From NCBI GenBank assembly GCA_965198175.1, contig OZ240245.1:64001-128000 (forward strand): a DNA stretch of 64,000 nt, written 5' to 3'. The notes below the pieces were generated by a model. That model was not told the DNA's origin. It worked only from the letters and a program-made list of their open reading frames with translations, and ran no database searches. How positions within the stretch are numbered: the first letter of the stretch is position 1; each line of letters begins with the position of its first letter. Positions 60,401 to 64,000 of the stretch are shown one piece after another. The DNA comes from Candidatus Poribacteria bacterium. GTDB taxonomy: Bacteria > Poribacteria > WGA-4E > PCPOR2b. A program made the position numbers and the translations under genes.

Positions 60401-63136
60401 GCAATTGATACTTGGACAGCGTTGCTTGAAGCCGACCCAGAGAACACGAAGTATCAGGACGGTCTCGTCAACGCCTATCGTGAGGCGGACAGAATCCCCG
60501 ATGCGCTTGAACTTGCCCAGAAATACATCGAAGGCGAAGCGGATAGCGGCGTCCACTACATCCGCCTAGCCAGAGTCTATGCGGCTGAAAATCATGTAGA
60601 TGACGCCATCGAAGCCTTTAAGCAAGCGATTGAATTTGGACCGGGCGATGGGCAGGCTTACCGCGAATTGGCACAACTTTATCTCCGTAAGAATGACCTG
60701 GATTCCGCTGAAATGGCGTTCGAGGAAGCCGTTCAATACACTGGACGTGAGTGGGAACGACGCGATATTGAAAGGCAGATGATGGACATCTACCGGCGTC
60801 AAGGTAAGTTAGAGGAGATGCTACAGAAGGCGGAGGAGGAAGGAACGCTCACGCTTGAGATGCAACAGGAGCGCGCTCGACGTTATCGGCAGGATGGTAA
60901 ATTGGAAGAAGCCGTCAGTGCCTTCAAGAAAGCCCTTGACATGACCTCCCAAAGCTGGGAGCGGAATCAGCTCTCCAACGAGTTGGTGCAGCTTTACGCG
61001 CAGCTCGGCGAGAATGACCTGGCGTTAGAGCTTTACGAAATGCTGTCCCGTTCCGGATCAATGGGCATGTCAATCAGCCACGGTTCCTCCGGTCTCAAAG
61101 TCAATTTCGTTGGAGATGAGGCACGCGAGACCCTAATTAACGCCTATAGAAGTCAAGGGAAACTTGAGCAGCTGAAAACTCTTTTTGAAAGGCGCCTTGA
61201 GAAAGAGGTAGATAATCCCGCCGTCCTTGAGATGCTCGCAGAAATTTATCGGAACACCAACGCCCACAAGCAGGCTGCTGAAATGTATCAAGCCCTCTGC
61301 AAAGTACAGCCGGGCAACGTCCGCAGCTATTACTACGCCGCCGCCGCTCTCAATAAGGGTGAGGAGCTAGACTTGGCGAAAGAACTCCTGGATCAAGGTG
61401 AAGTTGCACTCTCAGCCAGCAATCGCAAACAGGACATGTGGTTCCTCGCCGCAGTAGGGTCTATTTGTCTTGATGGCGAGATGTACGCCCCAGCAATCAA
61501 ACTCGTGGAAGACGCAATCGCTGCAAGTGGAAGGTACGGTCGCGGTAGTTGGGGGCGGGAGCAGTTATACGATATTCTCGGAAAAAGCTATCTTGGTGCA
61601 GAACGCTACGAGGAAGCCGTCAATGCGTATCAGCAGATGGCGAACGTTGCCCAAGACGACGGCAGACGAAAAACAGCAGAAGCAGCGATGCGCAGGGCAT
61701 ACAAAGATGGAAATCTGCATGAGGCGTTGATTGCGGAGCGGACACGGGCGGTTGCGGACAACCCGGATGATCCCGATACTCATTTCGCTCTCGCGCAAAC
61801 CTACGAATGGAACGACATGTCCGACGAAGCGATTGCCGCTTACGAACGCGCCCACGAATTGAATCCCGATAGCACGGTTATCTTGGAGCCGCTGGCAAAA
61901 CTGTACGCAAGTGCTGACCTCGAGAAGGCGAAACCCCTCTACAAGCGACTCATTGAGCTAGAAGAGAGTGTCCTTAATCGCATCCAGAGACGGCGCGCGC
62001 TAATCGATCTGTACACTCGCAGCGGCGAATATGACGCCGCCATTGACGAAATGCTTAACGCGGCGCGTTCCTCCGAAAATGAGGTCGAACGCAGTGTGTT
62101 ACTCCCTTCGCTTTGGAATCTCTACAGGTCTCAAGGGCGTACGACGGAAGGAATTGCGACACTTGAGTTGCTTGCATCACAATTGGCGGACAGTCCTACC
62201 TTGCACGAGGTGCTCGGCGATGCTTACACAGAGACGGGCTTCCCCGATAAAGCGGAAGCCGCTTACACCAAATGGGTTCATCTCCGTCAAGAACTTCTAG
62301 AAGATTTCGGAGACTGGCGATCACGCAGTAGGGGATTCGTTGAGCTTGTGTCTAGGCTGCTTACAAAACGAGTGCTGTCCGAAAAGGCGGTTGAATTAGC
62401 GGAACATGCGTTACAACTGAATCCTATCTCAGACAGAAAAACGACATTGGGACAAGCGTACCTTATCAACAAACAGCCAGGAAGAGTGAAGGAGCTGATT
62501 CAGTCGGAGTCGAATTCGGAAGTAAGGCATGCGTTGGTCGTGTTGCTGGCTAACCATTACCAGCGGCTAGGGAAGATTGACACCGATGTTGACTCACTGC
62601 TCCGTAAAGATGCACTTCACGCCGCCTCCACGCCGATGGAGCAAAATGCGGCGCTTAGGGAACTTTGGGAACTCTATGAAGCAGCAACTCGCCCCAGTCA
62701 AGTAACTGTTGTAGGCGAACCGGCACCTCCCGTTAAGTTTAACAATTTGATTGGCGAAGTATTCGCACTATCTGATCTCAATGGAAAGGTCGTCCTTCTA
62801 AACTTCTGGGCGACATGGTGTCCGCCATGCGTACGGGGGATTCCGCAGTTTATCGCGCTTCAAGAACAATACAATGCTCATGGACTTGTAGTATTGGGTG
62901 TTTCGCTAGACAGTGAGGGGGAGGATTGCATGAAGTCATTCGTTGCGGAATATGGAGTGACCTATCCCAACCTCATCGCGGGCCAAGATGTGAAGTCGCT
63001 ATTCGGCGGCTTAGGTTCCCTCCCAACTACGTTCCTAATCAATAGGGATGGAATAATTGTGAAGCACTATGTAGGTTACACGGATCAATCGGTCTTCCAG
63101 GAAGATATCAAAACTGCCCTTGCTGGATCGCGCTGA
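54455..63136 (+). CDS. Giant secreted TPR protein (~2890 aa) with a C-terminal TlpA-like thioredoxin domain
   Basis: Likely start MLKHKNQ with signal peptide; paralogous to 44000..54055; C-terminal GKVVLLNFWATWCPPC...LPTTFLINRDG. Confidence 0.9.
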   Translation: MLKHKNQLIILVLCCSALTLVLPIIGLAQDGNIADDKVIERYKQMLERKPKAGSTFDRLYQFYLEGAGLDAMVADYQTATLANPNNPNLQLILGHIYRRLGKDNETITAYQRAVELAPNNYYPHFALGQAYAMLRRYENAIAALTQAAQYATESKSATLDDLTALYKSLGQAYFSRDRVDDAILAWAKISELEPDNIFARIELADLFREQELYAQAIEQHETIIQLKTDDPYRVCLSHREIGKIQEEKGDYPSAIQSYDAALTLTGQGNWLRKDLQHRVIGIYAADGDWDGLIAYYQGKLDATPNDPELIGLLASAYIENQQLDDGIASYQKGLELAPTDAALRLNLIAAFRTAERFEDAAAEYELLSEKQPDDFGIYRELGELYLQLEDEVRAKGAYQRMIDRNPENAGTHLILAEIYAGHEWLDDAIAAYENAIFLAPDNLDYIEYFGEFYFRQGSREKTVETWTRMVAGDRAIAENYDRLAQLLDAKDFQTEAIGASRKAVELAPGEYRYREALARRLMEHKDYEEALTEFAEASKLAPNEFFAEQMSDQQIEIYRRQGTLVGKIDELEAVPESFDQQKQLSKMYLKLGNVTNALETLIQAKELKPDNVQGNRWLADIYVQQGLRYEAVSIYKHLVEIDSANAREHYAKIARSHLDAMDFDAATAAAKQAVAHSPRNPEGHQMLAEIAKQIGNYETSTDSLMQAIRLRPEATDIREELAEIYKLSGNPRQAIEQYWRCWELSESVNDKLSFVKSLSDTYYDLGRGDEFEEKLKQLSKANPSNVGPVLALAEVYQMEGDLLGARFQLARALDRERDNPNFLAQLVEISRNLGDTQDALTYLQRLVKAQPDPIHQQQLGELLFDLGREQEAIQAWTKLLHSRNQTLEAEVKLAALLIRHGLLDEALLALNRAGEKVKNAKAIYQVGATLVEMNELDRARPHFQRILEMPKPLANVTQTVKTSSSRSAYGPPGINIRKFSLARELVWRIQEQSYGGGSGKPWLPKSFEEAQAGALVQLTTIAQQQGKLGELVQQFEADAEANPKDIQTLERLAQLYTLTENTDKVAEVTERLIAASPNDPVYQAMRLNQSMEQSLEPETFKKRLEAMTGLTTQARLWYTATYVGLLYNQGRKAEAAKVVDNLETANVTDLNTGSALVSMLAQLGRIEAAESLLAQLPTPATPTGSQISMMGTSSFAQQQLWRYLLIYQALATAYVREGQTDKGIELFWTFFDRTKPNITNARKVATLTYSSHSYSGYTPIQSSYPSPTTYYDQSRLRYLQQVFSQFWMKNQQEALFAKLRTKLDAAEGRDRVYPGLALSYCYWWVGKRDKAQEILSAIHREFPDDLTLKVNTVFASIQTGQHATALGALDELTGLDPRNRRQYYDLSLQLAAHTGNTVKVRELMTKVLNSPVGVRELYQFSQKLQQTGLTQYAIAVAKKVTTLAMGQRDPNFLMELSSHLENLGRGQDATLIAERALRFANQRDRYGQTLHSWNFQQAAHLVSRSKAVREREPQLVEAVEKNPDSFQAQVRLASFYESTNQVKKAAAAFDAALELRPKDSMTRQRYAQMLQRSGHAADAVAQYMTLLKDNPNALGYNYWEVMETFFQAGKVDELVSIAKDMIGPSVGQSFGNDFAQNVARRCIESNNAKAAVEVYEKIIEVQANQHNTYADLASAYAAAGEREKAIEFLREKLETKSTKISQNPRLQAGIVAKLTELYKASGNIQSLITEYEVKLAEEPSDPSLLYLVASMKITANDLEESDTLVNQLLDDKVVSINAHRLSSLADAYRSAGDRNRELRLLEAATEKLDPQNSWQLSEIYQKLGAIYAQNGEKEKAKDAFRKMGMMRLMMYGGGGGMFWQKQEIATLYMQHEMWDDAEATFAEIVNDLSADKWARDEAQQRLMEVKTRKGGLQTTTRLPEKLEEMAKSNLGMQRMLAQQYMQQNELSKAVEIYEQIAEVMPEDLESRANLATIYSRQSKHDKAIDTWTALLEADPENTKYQDGLVNAYREADRIPDALELAQKYIEGEADSGVHYIRLARVYAAENHVDDAIEAFKQAIEFGPGDGQAYRELAQLYLRKNDLDSAEMAFEEAVQYTGREWERRDIERQMMDIYRRQGKLEEMLQKAEEEGTLTLEMQQERARRYRQDGKLEEAVSAFKKALDMTSQSWERNQLSNELVQLYAQLGENDLALELYEMLSRSGSMGMSISHGSSGLKVNFVGDEARETLINAYRSQGKLEQLKTLFERRLEKEVDNPAVLEMLAEIYRNTNAHKQAAEMYQALCKVQPGNVRSYYYAAAALNKGEELDLAKELLDQGEVALSASNRKQDMWFLAAVGSICLDGEMYAPAIKLVEDAIAASGRYGRGSWGREQLYDILGKSYLGAERYEEAVNAYQQMANVAQDDGRRKTAEAAMRRAYKDGNLHEALIAERTRAVADNPDDPDTHFALAQTYEWNDMSDEAIAAYERAHELNPDSTVILEPLAKLYASADLEKAKPLYKRLIELEESVLNRIQRRRALIDLYTRSGEYDAAIDEMLNAARSSENEVERSVLLPSLWNLYRSQGRTTEGIATLELLASQLADSPTLHEVLGDAYTETGFPDKAEAAYTKWVHLRQELLEDFGDWRSRSRGFVELVSRLLTKRVLSEKAVELAEHALQLNPISDRKTTLGQAYLINKQPGRVKELIQSESNSEVRHALVVLLANHYQRLGKIDTDVDSLLRKDALHAASTPMEQNAALRELWELYEAATRPSQVTVVGEPAPPVKFNNLIGEVFALSDLNGKVVLLNFWATWCPPCVRGIPQFIALQEQYNAHGLVVLGVSLDSEGEDCMKSFVAEYGVTYPNLIAGQDVKSLFGGLGSLPTTFLINRDGIIVKHYVGYTDQSVFQEDIKTALAGSR

Positions 63137-63192
63137 TAGTCCTTTGTGAGAATTCCAAACGCGCGCAAGGCTAGACAACACAGGAGGAAATC

Positions 63193-64000
63193 ATGAAAGC
63201 AATTATGGTAAGACTTACGCTCGTCCTTGTAAGTCTCTTGGGATGCAGGTCGATCTTTCCGGGCATGGGCGCTGCCGCCGTTGACACAGGCACAGCGGTT
63301 GGCATCTGGCTCTTTGATGATGGCAAGGGGGAAATCGCCGTGGATTCTTCAGGTAATGGCTATGACGGGTTGTTCACAGGTGAGCCGAAATGGACTCCGG
63401 GAAAGTTCGGCATGGCGTTGGATTTCAACGGGTTTGGCGATACCGTCGAGATTCCCGGATTTGGAGAGGTGCTTCCGAGCGAGGAAGTGTCCATTGTGGC
63501 ATGGATAAAGCTTGAGGGGGTCAAAAACCAGGACCTCGTCAGCCTAGTTCCACTTAACAGAAGGCGCGCCGGTTCACTGCTATTTGATCGCTGCTCCATC
63601 CACTTTCCCTGGAACCGTCCCATATATAACGCCATCCACTGGCAGTATGGTTGGGACGAACTCACAGTAGCTCGGCCCTTGGACACCCTTGAAAGGTGGG
63701 AACACTGGGCATTTACCCTCAGCATACCGGGCAACTTCATGAAGATTCACAGAAATGGCTCAGAGATTGCGTCGACAAGTGGAGCAAGTCGCTATACTCC
63801 ACGGAATGCGAATTTACATATCGGTGGTAGATTAGATTCCTCCTTTGACGGTCTCATCGACGAATTCGCGGTTTTCAACATCGCCTTGAGCGAGAACGAA
63901 ATTAGAACGCTGATGGGAGGAATCAACCGCGCCTTCGCCAAAAGCGTGAATGTTGGGGAGACAGTGGCCAGCCCTAATGCTGCCTCCGTTCCTATTGCGG
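63193..64000 (+). CDS. Secreted LamG-domain protein, runs off the window
   Basis: AGGAGG RBS, MKAIMVRL..., GIWLFDDGKG..AVDSSGNGYDG, GKFGMALDF, IDEFAVFNIALS; no stop before 64000. Confidence 0.85.
   Translation, partial: MKAIMVRLTLVLVSLLGCRSIFPGMGAAAVDTGTAVGIWLFDDGKGEIAVDSSGNGYDGLFTGEPKWTPGKFGMALDFNGFGDTVEIPGFGEVLPSEEVSIVAWIKLEGVKNQDLVSLVPLNRRRAGSLLFDRCSIHFPWNRPIYNAIHWQYGWDELTVARPLDTLERWEHWAFTLSIPGNFMKIHRNGSEIASTSGASRYTPRNANLHIGGRLDSSFDGLIDEFAVFNIALSENEIRTLMGGINRAFAKSVNVGETVASPNAASVPIA

Noticed and set aside
43983..62472. Numerous short antisense or alternate-frame ORFs inside the giant TPR genes (likewise inside the HEAT, terL and htpG genes)
   Set aside because: Shadow ORFs of long coding regions with no independent motifs.

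Overview
Bacterial chromosome segment. The gene content (many LamG, TPR and HEAT proteins, C-terminal TTWxxIK tails, PhyH and MDR enzymes, archaeal-type PoK/PPS) suggests Candidatus Poribacteria, which is an inference and not a database result. 1-13.8 kb is an accessory region. It holds a terminase small/large pair with no other recognisable virion genes, an array of small membrane/secreted genes separated by GTAG-type REPIN elements, and three copies of a REPIN+sigma70 promoter module heading paralogous beta-repeat genes. It also has an intact IS5-family element inserted in a lipoprotein gene, a split conserved gene, a Cre-like tyrosine recombinase and a thermonuclease. 14-21.4 kb encodes TPR, ASPIC/UnbV, HEAT-repeat (bracketed by lox-shaped 33/34-bp palindromes) and Nramp-like proteins. 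21.5-43.6 kb is mostly housekeeping and metabolism: tRNA-Glu, tRNA-Lys, purA, rpsI, rplM, prmA, dehydrogenases, two LamG proteins, two paralogous polytopic membrane proteins, pantoate kinase + phosphopantothenate synthetase + ino1, TonB, a PorV-like barrel and htpG. 44-64 kb carries two tandem giant secreted TPR genes with a near-identical 5' tract but different accessory domains, then a LamG gene that runs off the window.
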